Assembly: GCA_003427395.1 (NCBI GenBank) | Contig: BFEA01000025.1 | Coordinates: 2,828,316 to 2,892,315, forward strand | Direction: 5' to 3' | From: Chara braunii | Taxonomy: Eukaryota > Plantae > Charophyceae | Length of the DNA stretch: 64,000 bases | Part shown: positions 1 through 11,490 of the stretch, piece by piece | Position numbering within the stretch: position 1 is the stretch's first letter | How the letters are laid out: the number at the start of each line of letters is the position of its first letter | Translations under genes and position numbers: made by a program | The notes under the pieces: model-generated | Databases searched by the model: none | Told to the model about the DNA's origin: nothing | What the model saw: the letters and a program-made list of their open reading frames with translations, nothing else

Positions 1-316
1 GAAGGGGGAAGGGGGGGAACGGGAGAAGTGGAAACGGGGGAAACGGGAGAAGGGGGAAAGGGGGGAAACGGGGGGAAGAGGAGGAGAGGTTGTTGAAGCT
101 ATCTGCGGGAGAGTGCATACTCTCATTTTCTTCAATCAAAACTTTATTCGATTCAACAACAAAAACAAAATCATTAACTTTCGATGACTCAAACCAGAAT
201 ATCCACGTTCCCAAAATATATATATATATAAACGTTCTTCGGTTCGATTATTTTCTTCTTTTTTTTTTTTAACAACATTCATATCACTCCATTACGCGGT
301 TCGATTGTGAAGTTCC

Positions 317-487
317 CCGGGGCCAAGTCCCACTAGCAGCGTTGAGCTACCTCAACGCCTGAATCTGGACGTGTTTGTGGAGCCGTGCAGTTCAGGAAAC
401 TCAACACCATTTCTGCACATCTCTGCAAAAACGTCCAGATTCCGGCGTTGAGGTAGCTCAACGCTGCTGGTGGGACTTGGCCCCCGG
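317..487. mobile_element. Foldback/MITE-like element with ~60-bp inverted arms
   Basis: CCGGGGCCAAGTCCCACTAGCAGCGTTGAGCTACCTCAACGCCTGAATCTGGACGT is nearly the exact reverse complement of ~431-487; a diverged copy lies at 3577-3727. Confidence 0.75.
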
Positions 488-1106
488 CCTCCTTTTCTAT
501 TGAGTAACGGAATTTCAAAGGTTGGGGAAAAAACAAAAAAAAAAGAACAGAATTTTCCGATTCCTCCAATCGTAGTTCTCAATTCCTCCAATCATTTTTA
601 TTTTTATTTTTTTTAACTCCAATCAGAATTTTTCAATTGCTCCCGCCTAAATTTTTCGAAACGTCGCAGCGTGGAGAGCCTCCAATGAGGGTGAAAAAAA
701 AAAAAGAGGGACTGTATGAGGGTGAAAAAAAAAAAAAAAAACTCAGGAAAAAAAAAGGAGACCCTTCAATCGATAGGTGATTCGCACCAACGCGAGAGTC
801 ACTTGAAGAGGTTTGCGAGGGGCGGGAGATGCAGCGCGGTGCACAAGGGAGGGAGGAGTTATTGTGAGGAGCAGGCTGCTCTACTCGTGTGAAGTTTTTT
901 TTTTCTTTTTTCCCCCGTCATTATCACTATATACATTTAGTACAACTTTCATGCCTCCCTCCCCGCCCCCCCCAAAAAAAAACTTGCATGCATGCCAGAT
1001 ACAGAAAAATTCACTTCTTATTTTTTTTTGGGGGGGGCGGGGGGAGAAGTTTCATATTGCATACTCTTACTTATTAAAACCATCGTCATGGTATGTGATT
1101 GGTGAT

Positions 1107-1199
1107 TACCGTCTCCACACGCAATACAACGTATTTGGGGCAACTTTGAGTCTAGATACAGCAATAATGACCGTACGTTGTATTCGGGGGAAGAAGGTA
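1107..1199. mobile_element. ~100-bp MITE, TA-flanked, CCGT termini (Tc1/mariner Tc2/pogo-like)
   Basis: TA-CCGTCTCCACACG ... TTCGGGGGAAGAAGG-TA; same family as 4119, 6030 and 10490. Confidence 0.55.
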
Positions 1200-1953
1200 C
1201 TAAAACAAATTTGATGATTATAATAAATTATTAAATTCCTATTTTCGATGGTTGATTCACCATCAGCATAGAGCAGCAGAACCATGAAGAAATGGCACTC
1301 CAAAGATAAAGCAGAGATGGGCGAACGTTTCTCATAACCCAGTTTTCAAAGAGACGCGATAATACTGACTAACCGTTAAGGGGGGAGAGGGGGAGGAGGG
1401 NNNNNNNNNNNNNNNNNNNNNNNNNNNNNNNNNNNNNNNNNNNNNNNNNNNNNNNNNNNNNNNNNNNNNNNNNNNNNNNNNNNNNNNNNNNNNNNNNNNN
1501 NNNNNNNNNNNNNNNNNNNNNNNNNNNNNNNNNNNNNNNNNNNNNNNNNNNNNNNNNNNNNNNNNNNNNNNNNNNNNNNNNNNNNNNNNNNNNNNNNNNN
1601 NNNNNNNNNNNNNNNNNNNNNNNNNNNNNNNNNNNNNNNNNNNNNNNNNNNNNNNNNNNNNNNNNNNNNNNNNNNNNNNNNNNNNNNNNNNNNNNNNNNN
1701 NNNNNNNNNAAGGAGAAAGGGGTGCGAGGGGAGTAGGGGAGTAGGGGAGTAGGGGAGGAAGGGAGAGGGAAAGGAGTGGGTGGCGAGCAGGGGGAGGAGG
1801 GAAGGGAGGGAGAGAGGGAACAGGGGAGGAAGGAAGAGGGAAAAGGGTGGGTGGCGAGAGGGGCAGGAAAGGAGGGAGAAATGGGTGGATGGGCAGAGGT
1901 CGAAGAAGAGAGGGAGGGTGGGGGGAGGAGGAGGAGGGAGTGCAATTCTTAAG

Positions 1954-2056
1954 CCGCAAGGAGTGCAATTCTTAAACCCCAACGCAAGCTCAGCACTGCT
2001 GTTGCCGGTATAGCACACGAGCTTCCGTTGCGGTTTAAGAATTACACTCCTTGCGG
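1954..2056. repeat. Inverted repeat (~40-bp arms) built from a GCAATTCTTAAACCGCAAG motif
   Basis: CCGCAAGGAGTGCAATTCTTAAACCCCAACGCAAGCTC pairs with GAGCTTCCGTTGCGGTTTAAGAATTACACTCCTTGCGG. Confidence 0.75.
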
Positions 2057-2199
2057 TAATAGCATTTCGATTTGCAATTCTTAAACCGCAAGCGCAGGTA
2101 GCTAAAGCCGCAGGCCACTTTGAAAAAGGCGCCGTTGCAGGCTCTCGAGCCTTGTGAGGTATAGCTCTTCTTCAACCTTGGCTCGTGTGAGCCGGTGGT

Positions 2200-2365
2200 T
2201 TAACCACCAGTACTTCCTCAAGTCGTGCCCGTTAACAAGCCACCACGATTTAGGAAACGTACCGGCCACTACAGGAGCGGCCAAATTCATCCGACTAGTA
2301 GAAACGTTTCTAGTTTTTTTGTTTTTTTCCGCGGCCGATAGCTGGGCCAAGTACTGGTGGTTTAA
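2200..2365. mobile_element. TTAA-flanked MITE (piggyBac/Kolobok-type target site)
   Basis: TIR TTAACCACCAGTACTT / AAGTACTGGTGGTTTAA; interior matches the reverse complement of 12646-12806 and 43098-43257. Confidence 0.65.
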
Positions 2366-2432
2366 CCATTAGTGAAAACAGTGGTCCACAGTTCGACTGA
2401 GTTGTTTTATAGTTTCGAAAGCCCGAAAGCGG

Positions 2433-2572
2433 AATGTAATGTAATAAAGTTAATGTAATAAAGTTAATATAATAAAGTTAATATAATGTAATAAAGTTAA
2501 TATAATAAAGTTAATGGAATAAAGTTAATGGAATAAAGTGAATGTAATAAAGTTAATGTAATCAAGTAAGTT
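2433..2572. repeat. AT-rich ~14-bp minisatellite (AATGTAATAAAGTT)
   Basis: About 9 direct units visible. Confidence 0.85.
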
Positions 2573-2893
2573 ACCCGATATAGCCGTTTGGATGGTAGGG
2601 GACGAACAATCGGGAAATTTTTACTGTAATTGTTGTGGCGATGAGGCACGCATAAAGAACCACCGCCGACGTGACAGAGCTTCACTAGTTGAACGGCTTT
2701 CTTCTCTTATTATTATAAGAGGGGCAAAAACGACGGAGAGAGAGGTAGACAGATAGAGAGGTAGAGTAGAGGTCCTCGCCGCACCACTCAACAAAGGTGC
2801 ACAACGAGAATGTATCTCCCGCTAGAACGTGGAAAGATGAACCCACCATATTTGTGTTATTTCACATTTGGTGAGTGGCGGGGCGACGCTCAG

Positions 2894-2895
2894 AG

Positions 2896-2928
<33 letters not shown>

Positions 2929-2965
2929 TAGATAGATATAGATAGATAGATATAGATAGATAGAT

Positions 2966-3000
<35 letters not shown>

Positions 3001-3001
3001 T
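2894..3001. repeat. (GATA)n microsatellite
   Basis: Direct reading. Confidence 0.95.
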
Positions 3002-3576
3002 CTTTAGATGCAAAAACGTATGTGCATTTATGTATATATATATTTGTCAGAAGCTGTCATATAGCAAACAAACCAAAAAAAAAAAACACTTGGATTATTC
3101 GATAGATTATTTCATGGAATAAGAAGCTGCCTGCTAATCAGGAGGCTGTATCTGGACTGGAACTTGTATCTAGACTGAAAATTGAATCTAGACAGGACGT
3201 AGTAGTATGAAGGCTGAAAGTCGTACCTAGACTGCAAGTTGAGGAATACCCTGTCGATGGTTCCGAGGCAATCCCCCCCCCCCCCCCCCCCTCCCCTTAT
3301 CCTTTTCGTTTTGAAGAGAATGCACAGTCATTATCGCTGTATGTAGACGGAAAGTTGTCCAAATACAGCAATTAGAATCACCGTGCGTTCTGTTCGGGGA
3401 AAGCTTCCAGGACGCTACCGACCACTGCTCACCAACACCTATGTGTGAACTTGCCCCCGTCTTGGTCAAGTTATGTAACGGTAACAAATGCAACAATTAA
3501 AATTTAAAAAAAAAAAAGGCAGAAGTCTACACCCAAAAAAAAAAAAGCACAACACGACTGATGAGAGCAGCAGATA

Positions 3577-3727
3577 GGTCCCACTAAGGAAGAGGATGCC
3601 TGAATCTGGATGTATTTTATGCAGAGATGCAAAAGCGCATATCAACAGCCATTTTCTGCACCTGTCCCCATAGACATCCAGATTCAGGCGTTAAATCTAA
3701 AATCCTCTTTGCTACTGTAGTGGGACC
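3577..3727. mobile_element. Diverged copy of the 317-487 foldback element
   Basis: GGTCCCACTA...GCCTGAATCTGGATGT / ACATCCAGATTCAGGC...TAGTGGGACC. Confidence 0.65.
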
Positions 3728-3943
3728 TTGCCCCAGTTCGAGTACCATTTTTTTTTTTTTGTTTATCCTCCGTGTTCGCGAGCAAGTGTCGGTCGTTGCT
3801 TCTTCTTCTTCGTCGTCGTCGTCTTCTTCTTAACGCGTCGGGGATTGTGCGCGTAAGCTGAGACAAGTATGCGCAGTTTTGCAATGAAGAGCTTTCGATG
3901 CGTGTACGAAATGTGCGGAAGGCAGTTGGCCACTGTTTACCAC

Positions 3944-3973
3944 TCTTCTTCTTCTTCTTCTTCTTCTTCTTCT

Positions 3974-4015
<42 letters not shown>
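3944..4015. repeat. Compound (TCT)n(GCT)n microsatellite
   Basis: Direct reading. Confidence 0.95.
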
Positions 4016-4118
4016 ATTTTTTGCATATATCAACACGAAGTAATTTGCCCAACAAGGGGGAAGAAAAAGCACGAGACAACGATACTGGTCCTCTCGCCGA
4101 TGAAAAACACACCTCACT

Positions 4119-4227
4119 TACCGTCGTCCGCCGAACACAAGGCACCCTCATCAGGACTGTATTTGGCCGGAAAGCCAGCTTGCATACATTCGCGATGAGG
4201 GTGCGTTATGTTCGGGGGACGACGATA
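4119..4227. mobile_element. TA-flanked CCGT-terminus MITE
   Basis: TACCGTCGTCCGCCGAACACAAGGCACCCTCATC / GATGAGGGTGCGTTATGTTCGGGGGACGACGATA. Confidence 0.65.
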
Positions 4228-4616
4228 AAGCATTGAGAAAGCTCCATTCGGAAGGTACCGTTTCGCGATTGGGTAGTGAGCGATAAAGTAAGCCGACAAA
4301 AGTTTTTTTTTTTTTTTTTTTTTTTTTTNNNNNNNNNNNNNNNNNNNNNNNNNNNNNNNNNNNNNNNNNNNNNNNNNNNNNNNNNNNNNNNNNNNNNNNN
4401 NNNNNNNNNNNNNNNNNNNNNNNNNNNNNNNNNNNNNNNNNNNNNNNNNNNNNNNNNNNNNNNNNNNNNNNNNNNNNNNNNNNNNNNNNNNNNNNNNNNN
4501 NNNNNNNNNNNNNNNNNNNNNNNNNNNNNNNNNNNNNNNNNNNNNNNNNNNNNNNNNNNNNNNNNNNNNNNNNNNNNNNNNNNNNNNNNNNNNNNNNNNN
4601 NNNNTATATATATATA

Positions 4617-5226
4617 TATCGTCACAAACAGAACTGCCCGGTAAACCGTAGGCAGAGAGAGAGAAAAGGACAACAAACGAGGGGCTGTGACAAACNNNTT
4701 CGTNGGNNTTTCACCGACTCATCAGGAGGCTGAACCCTCAACAGTCTGCAGAATCCCCTCACTGATTACACTGTAAATGATAATCTACCTTAACCAAAAT
4801 CAAAGTAGACTATCACTCACCCACACCAGATGGAAAACTCTACAGACTGTCGGTTCACACCCCATTACAATAGTCACAAAGTTATCAGAGCGCAAAAGCG
4901 AAAAAAACAAAAGGAAACAAAAAAGATATCAATTCATTCTTTATCTTCTTACTTACAACCCCCCCTGTTCAGAACCTCTTGCGTACATATATATCATCAC
5001 ATGAATATGAGAGCGCAAAAGCGAAAAAAAGAAAAAAAAAAAAAGAATGAATTCGTTTTTTTATATCTTCTTCCTTACAACTCCCCCTGTTCAGAACCTC
5101 TTCCGTACATATATATGAGTCGGTGCAACTCATCGACGAAACAATCTGTCACAGCCCCTTGTTTGTTGTCTCCTGTTCTACCTCTCAGCCTACTACGGTT
5201 TACCGGGCAGTTCTGTTTGCCGATAT
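4617..5226. mobile_element. Cluster of fragments of a (TA)n-bounded, hammerhead-bearing repeat family (direct and inverted copies)
   Basis: 4617-4715 is the reverse complement of 5116-5226; 4885-4987 is repeated at 5010-5108; fragments abut TA runs; another piece lies at 51019-51135. Confidence 0.7.
4694..4745 (-). ncRNA. Type III hammerhead ribozyme (partly masked by N)
   Basis: Minus strand ACUGUU^GAGG-guucag-CCUC CUGAUGA GUCGG-ugaaann-CCNAC GAA NNNGU; homologous to the 33269 copy. Confidence 0.65.
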
Positions 5227-6029
5227 AGATATATATGTCACACTGTAAATCGGAACGCAAATATATATATACGTTCCAACCGGACGAATCGTGGGCCTCC
5301 TGCTGTTAATCCCGCGCTCTCCTAAGGAAAAAAATCAGGAGTATGGAGGAGAGAGGAACAATTACGCTAGCTCGCCTCGCTACTGACTTATTCGTCAAGG
5401 ATCACGTGCCACGTGGCACATCCAGCAAGGCAGCCGCGAGCTCGAGGAAGAACGAAGGCGAAAAAAGAAGGAGAAAGAGGAGAGGAATGATGAAAGAAGT
5501 AGCGACGAAGAACAGACATAGCAGTATGGAGAAAGAAAAAAGAAGAATGAAGGACGGAGGACGACGGAAGACGGAAGCAAGCAATGAAGAAGGAATCAAG
5601 ATGAAGAAAGACAAGCAATGGCAGATTGCTCTTTACACGCAACACCCATATTTCCATTAGCGACTCCAGCATGTACAAGGAAGTAAGAAGGAAAAAGCAA
5701 CATGCAGGCGCAACATCAAGGCAAACAGCCGGCACAAGAAGGGAGAAGCGCGGAGACGAAAGGAAGGAGGACGGGAAAGAGGGAAAAGAGGGGAAAGATG
5801 GGAGAGGGAAGAGAAGCAGGGAGAAAAGAGAAAAAAGCCGTCGGTGATGATACTGGTGATGGTAGAAGACGGAGCTCGAGGGAGGAAAGAGGAGGAAGGA
5901 GACGGACGGAGGGGGTAGAAAAGGAGTTGCTGCCGGTGTGGGTGAAGTTGAGGGAGAAGGAGAAAGGGATTGAGACGAAGGAAGAGAGAGAGAGAAAGAA
6001 AGAGAGAGAGAGAGAGAGGACGGAATTGA

Positions 6030-6139
6030 TACCGTCATCACACGAACAAAACGCTCGGTCATTATCGCTGCATCTGGACTGAAAGTTGGCACAAATACAG
6101 CTATAATGACCGGGGGTTCTATTCGGTGTGAAGACGGTA
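6030..6139. mobile_element. TA-flanked CCGT-terminus MITE
   Basis: TACCGTCATCACACGAA / TTCGGTGTGAAGACGGTA; a partial relative lies at ~3305-3405. Confidence 0.65.
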
Positions 6140-6929
6140 GTGGTAGAGCAGGGATAAAATTGTAAAAGGAAGGCGGGGGGGGGGGGGGGGGGGGGGAAGC
6201 ACCAGGGAGAAAGGAAAGAAAAAGGAGTCGCCGGTGAAGGAAGATATGGAGGAAGAGGAAGAGGACGAACAGATGTAGAAGGAAGAGCGAAAGCTCAAAG
6301 AGATGTAGATGGAAGTGGAAGAGAACGAAGAGAGGGAGAAGGAAAAGAGGAGGGGAGAGAGGGAGAAGGAAAAGAGGAGGGGAGAAAGGAACGGCAGGAA
6401 GAGGAGCCGCCGAAGGTATAGACGTCATTACCGTTCAGAGACAGCCCATTCACCCACCCTTCGCGAAACGTTGGTTAAATGTTAGCCGCATGACGATGCT
6501 TGTTCCATTTGAGCCAAGTTGATAGCTTCACCATTTGCATCTTCCGCTCATTTCTGTTTTCAATGCAAGTTTTCATTTTTACTTCAAGAGTCCATGGTAG
6601 AAGACACAAAGAATTGAAAATTGACTTAGGTATGTCCGAGGTATGGGCCATACACCGCAGGACTCCAACTCACACAACCTGTTCGTTTACTAACAGCTAC
6701 ATGTGTGTACCTTCCAACCGCTTGAGCCGGCTATGAGAGAGAGAGAGAGACGGAGATGGCGCTATCGTACATTTCGACTTTGTCGTACTCTTATACACCG
6801 TGCTTTATTTTGTTCATGGTCTCTGCAGTCGGGATAGAGATTCGAGCCGCAAATTATTACAGTATTATCCCCTTTCATAAGAAAGAAGAATCGTTATCAT
6901 ACCCTTTCCGACTAATAATCTGATAAGCG

Positions 6930-7146
6930 AAGAGAAGAGAAGAGAAGAGAAGATAATTTAATAGAAGAGAAGAGAAGTGAAGTGACGACAAGAGAAGAGA
7001 AGTGAAGAGAAGAGAAGAGAAGAGAAGAGAAGAGAGGAGGATAGGAGAGGAGAGGAGAGGAGAAGAGAGGAGAGGAGAGGAGAGGAGAGGAGAGGAGAGG
7101 AGAGAAGAAGAGAAGACAAGACAAGAGAGGAAAGAAGAAGAAGAAG
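6930..7146. repeat. (AGAGA/AGAGG)n pentanucleotide purine tract
   Basis: Direct reading. Confidence 0.9.
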
Positions 7147-7591
7147 CATCATAGCGGCGCAAAAGAATGGTAAGCACGAAAGAATTTATTTTTGAGCAAC
7201 ATTAGACTGTTCGGATGAAAGGCGGTATTACTCTGTCGGGGTGTCATGCCATAGGGAAAACAATCCTGGAACAGTTTACTTAATGTACTCACGTCACAAA
7301 TGAATTGTCCGTTTTAGTTCTATGGAATGGTGCAGGACTGAAGCTCCACTCTTTTTCATTTGCTCGGCCGTTCTACGTTCATTTTGAAATCAGAAAGGGA
7401 AGGAAAAGAGAGAGAGAGAGAGAGAGAAGCAGGGGCTCAAAAATGTCCACAGCTGCTCCCTGAGGAGAACAGAAATTCAAAATCCAAACAAACGAATACA
7501 CGTTGATGACATTCACATTTCCCATACTACTGGAATCCACTTTGCTGTTCAATTCAATGCAAAGAATACCAAATGGATTAAATAATCCGGA

Positions 7592-7594
<3 letters not shown>

Positions 7595-7647
<53 letters not shown>

Positions 7648-8205
7648 NNNNNNNNNNNNNNNNNNNNNNNNNNNNNNNNNNNNNNNNNNNNNNNNNNNNN
7701 NNNNNNNNNNNNNNNNNNNNNNNNNNNNNNNNNNNNNNNNNNNNNNNNNNNNNNNNNNNNNNNNNNNNNNNNNNNNNNNNNNNNNNNNNNNNNNNNNNNN
7801 NNNNNNNNNNNNNNNNNNNNNNNNNNNNNNNNNNNNNNNNNNNNNNNNNNNNNNNNNNNNNNNNNNNNNNNNNNNNNNNNNNNNNNNNNNNNNNNNNNNN
7901 NNNNNNNNNNNNNNNNNNNNNNNNNNNNNNNNNNNNNNNNNNNNNNNNNNNNNNNNNNNNNNNNNNNNNNNNNNNNNNNNNNNNNNNNNNNNNNNNNNNN
8001 NNNNNNNNNNNNNNNNNNNNNNNNNNNNNNNNNNNNNNNNNNNNNNNNNNNNNNNNNNNNNNNNNNNNNNNNNNNNNNNNNNNNNNNNNNNNNNNNNNNN
8101 NNNNNNNNNNNNNNNNNNNNNNNNNNNNNNNNNNNNNNNNNNNNNNNNNNNNNNNNNNNNNNNNNNNNNNNNNNNNNNNNNNNNNNNNNNNNNNNNNNNN
8201 NNNNN

Positions 8206-8283
<78 letters not shown>
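7595..8283. repeat. (CT)n microsatellite spanning an assembly gap
   Basis: Direct reading; N run inside. Confidence 0.9.
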
Positions 8284-8293
<10 letters not shown>

Positions 8294-8904
8294 CTGTGTC
8301 CGTGGGGGCACATGCGCACACGCCCTGAGAGCTAGTCTTGAGCTTGGAACTACCGTTGAATGGTGAATCAAATAAGTTGTGTGCCAATTTCCACGGAGAA
8401 AACGGACCGAAAGGATCTTTTTTCACATTTAAATGAACCAAAAGGTGACGAGTGGAGAGAGACACGAGGAAGAGAATGAAAAGAAGGGGCACTTGGAAGG
8501 ATACGCCAAATAAATTAAACAGAAACAACTATCTATCTATCTATCTATCTATCTCTCTATCTATCTAAAAGGCATCTCGTTGCCCTATTGTCCAAGGCAA
8601 AGATGTCCATTCTCGCCACGCGCATAAAAGGAATCACCCACCATACACCGAAGAGTCGTTGTGGGGCAAGTGAGTGAAAAGCAGATCAGACGGCAGATTG
8701 CAGAACAAAACGACCATCAAAAGACCAGCTTAGTGTTTATTTCAGGGTTCTTCCTTCTTCTTCATAACAGCGACAATCAATTCATGTACCAGAATAAAAG
8801 TTTTACCTACCGAGACGCAAAATTACCACTACTGCATCCTGCCCTCGAGGAGGACGGCGACGAGCACATGGCAGGGCCAGTGGAAAATAGCATCGGTAAA
8901 GCGC

Positions 8905-9600
8905 GGGCGGTAAATAGCGGTGGCAAACGGCAGCGGTAAATGACATGCCGACGAGTGACGGTGTTAAAAGGCGGCGGTAAACGACGTGCCGACAAGTGAC
9001 GGTGGTAAACCGCAGCGGTAGATGGCATGGCGACACGTGACGGTGGTAAACGGCAGCGGTAGATGACATGGCGACAAATGACGGTGGTAAACGGTGGACG
9101 TAAATGACGTGGCGACAAGTGACGGTGGTAAACACAGTGATGGTAAATGACGTGGCGATAAGTGACGGTGGTGAAAACAGCGATGGAAAATGACGTGGGG
9201 GGAAGTGACGGTGGCAAACGGCGGTGGTAAACGGCGTGGGAGCGGTGACGGTGGTAAATGGCGGACCTAGTTACATGACGTGGCGGGAAGTGACGGTGGT
9301 AAAAACAGCGATGGTAAATGACGTGGGGGGAAGTGACGGTGGCAAACGGCGGTGGTAAACGGCGTGGGAGCGGTGACGGTGGTAAATGGCGGACCTAGTT
9401 ACATGACGTGGCGGGAAGTGACGGTGGTAAAAACAGCGATGGTAAATGACGTGGCGGGAAGTGACGGTGGCAAACGGCGGTGGTAAACGGCGGTGGTAAA
9501 CGGCGTGGCGAGCGGTGACGGTGGTAAATGGCGGACCTAGTTACATCATGATGTGGCGGGAAGTGACGGTGATAAATGGTGATGGTAAATGATGGCGGTA
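8905..9600. repeat. Degenerate minisatellite (GTGACGGTGGTAAA/TGACGTGGCG units) with a ~124-bp higher-order duplication
   Basis: Repeated units visible; the block starting ~9160 recurs at ~9285 and ~9410. Confidence 0.85.
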
Positions 9601-10489
9601 TACGGTGCAAGGAGAATAATTGCTGAGAAGAGGGAGGGGGGGAGGGAGGGAGGGAGGGAGGGGAGGGAGAGTTGGAGCGGGAGGACGGAGGGAGGCGAAG
9701 CAGGTGAAGAGGAGGAAAAGGGTGAGAGAACGAGGCTATGGCCTCCAAACAGAGTCACGTGCGTCCTGACATTCCTTCGAAGCCGGCGAGCACGTGGCGG
9801 AGAAGAGGAAGAAGTGAAAGGAGATGACGAGTGCGGTTGGCATCGAGGAAGGAGGGAGTAGTCAGAAGAAGCAGGGAACGTGCGAGGGTGCGAGAGGTGA
9901 CACACCTGATTGATTGACGAAGTGCCCATCACGTCCTTGCCCGCCCCCTCTTTCCACCCTTAACCCTCCCCTCCCCTACCACCGCAAGCACCACGCGTCT
10001 CACGCTCTGCGTTCGTTTCCCACCTACCGGTAGTGCCACACGCGTTGCGGACTACCGGTAGCCCCACGTTCGCCGAGAAAGCGCAAGTTTTTCCCCAATA
10101 GAGTCACGTGCGTCCTGACATTCCTTCGAAGCCGGCAGCCAGAAGATGACGCAGATTGATATGCAACGAGGCTTTTGTGTAGGCTGGCTGGCTGGCTGGG
10201 TAATTGCCTTATGAGCTGCGGGCACGGGGTAGGCACGCGCAGGCGAGGGGCCGTGGCGGGCCGGGCCGGGCCGGGCCGGGCCAGGCCGGGAGGGGGCGGG
10301 GCCGGGCGGGGCGGGCGAAGCTGACGCGGACGCGGACGAGGAAGCTGCAGCTGAAACTGATCTCTTTCCCCGCGCTTACGAAAGAGAGGAGGGCGGGGGC
10401 GGGAGGTCTTTTCCCCCTTCGCCTCAAATTTGGGCTTTTTTTTGGCGCTCCCTCCCTCCTCCTACTACGACTACTCCTGCGACTACTGC

Positions 10490-10598
10490 TACCGTCTTCC
10501 TCCGAACATAACGCACCCTAAAAATGAATGTATACAAGCTATATTTCCGGCCAGATGCAGCCAAAATAAGGGTGCGCTATGTTCGGGGGAAGACGGCA
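10490..10598. mobile_element. TA-flanked CCGT-terminus MITE
   Basis: TACCGTCTTCCTCCGAACATAACGCACCCT / AGGGTGCGCTATGTTCGGGGGAAGACGG. Confidence 0.7.
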
Positions 10599-11490
10599 GT
10601 ACTACTACTATACTACTACCGCGCTAGTATTGTGTGGGTGGCTGTACGTCGCGCGCTTCCGCACGAAACGAAAACGAACTTTTCGAAAAGCGAGCCACCC
10701 AAGCTGGCTTTCGCTTTCGCTTTCGCTTTCCTTTGACTCCTCCTCCTCCTCCTCCTCCTTACCCTCGAAGCTCATCCCCGCCCATCCTTGGAACCGACGC
10801 CCTACCGGTCCGTACGTAGTCACCCAAAACGAAAACTCGACGCTTGTATTGTCTGTTATTGCATGTTTTTGCGTATTGCCTACCAGGCTACCGCGGCGCC
10901 AAAGTCGCACAGAAATCTCCATCCTCCCCGCCAGGAGAGCACTACCTCCTCCCCCGAATAGACGCAAGGCGACAACTCGACGGCCACTTTCGCATTCGCA
11001 CTGGAATATCAACCGCCACTTTTTTTTTTTTGCATACCCATTGCGTGATCGGAGTTTCGAATCCGGCAGAGGATGCTCGCGACGGCAGAGGATGCTCGCG
11101 ACGACTCGCCTTACCCTTGCACGCCAAACAATCTGTGAATAAAATTATGTGAATAAAATTATAAAAAACAAAAACAAAAAAACAATCTGTCAAGGAGAGG
11201 AAATACGAATCCCAGTTCGCTCTTTTTCCTTCGCATCGCATGTCTTGGCGCCCGAGGCACATGTCCACCTCCAGCAGGCGCAAATACGAACGAACCAACG
11301 AACGAACAAACAATTGAATTGAGGGTTCAATTGGAAAAGCCCGTACAGAACAAAAAGCCGTGTACTGTGGCGGCACGGATGTCCCGTTGGAGATGCGTTT
11401 GAAAGGCTCCGAGAGGAGGTTCAAATTGGTCACATGCCAACCCTCGATTTCGAGCTCGCCTTTCAAACGCAGCCCCTGGCCCTAAATGCA

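Noticed and set aside
3555-3600. CTGATGAG as another hammerhead core (also CTCATCAG at ~4148)
   Set aside because: No helix II followed by GAAA and no helix III
1332-8528. Long ORFs in the track (1332-2018, 5388-6428, 7379-8528 etc.)
   Set aside because: They run through N gaps, microsatellites or purine tracts and show no domain motifs
7420-8820. Possible host exons (GAAVDIFEP, LSWSFDGRF on the minus strand)
   Set aside because: No consistent splice-site pairs or recognisable domain
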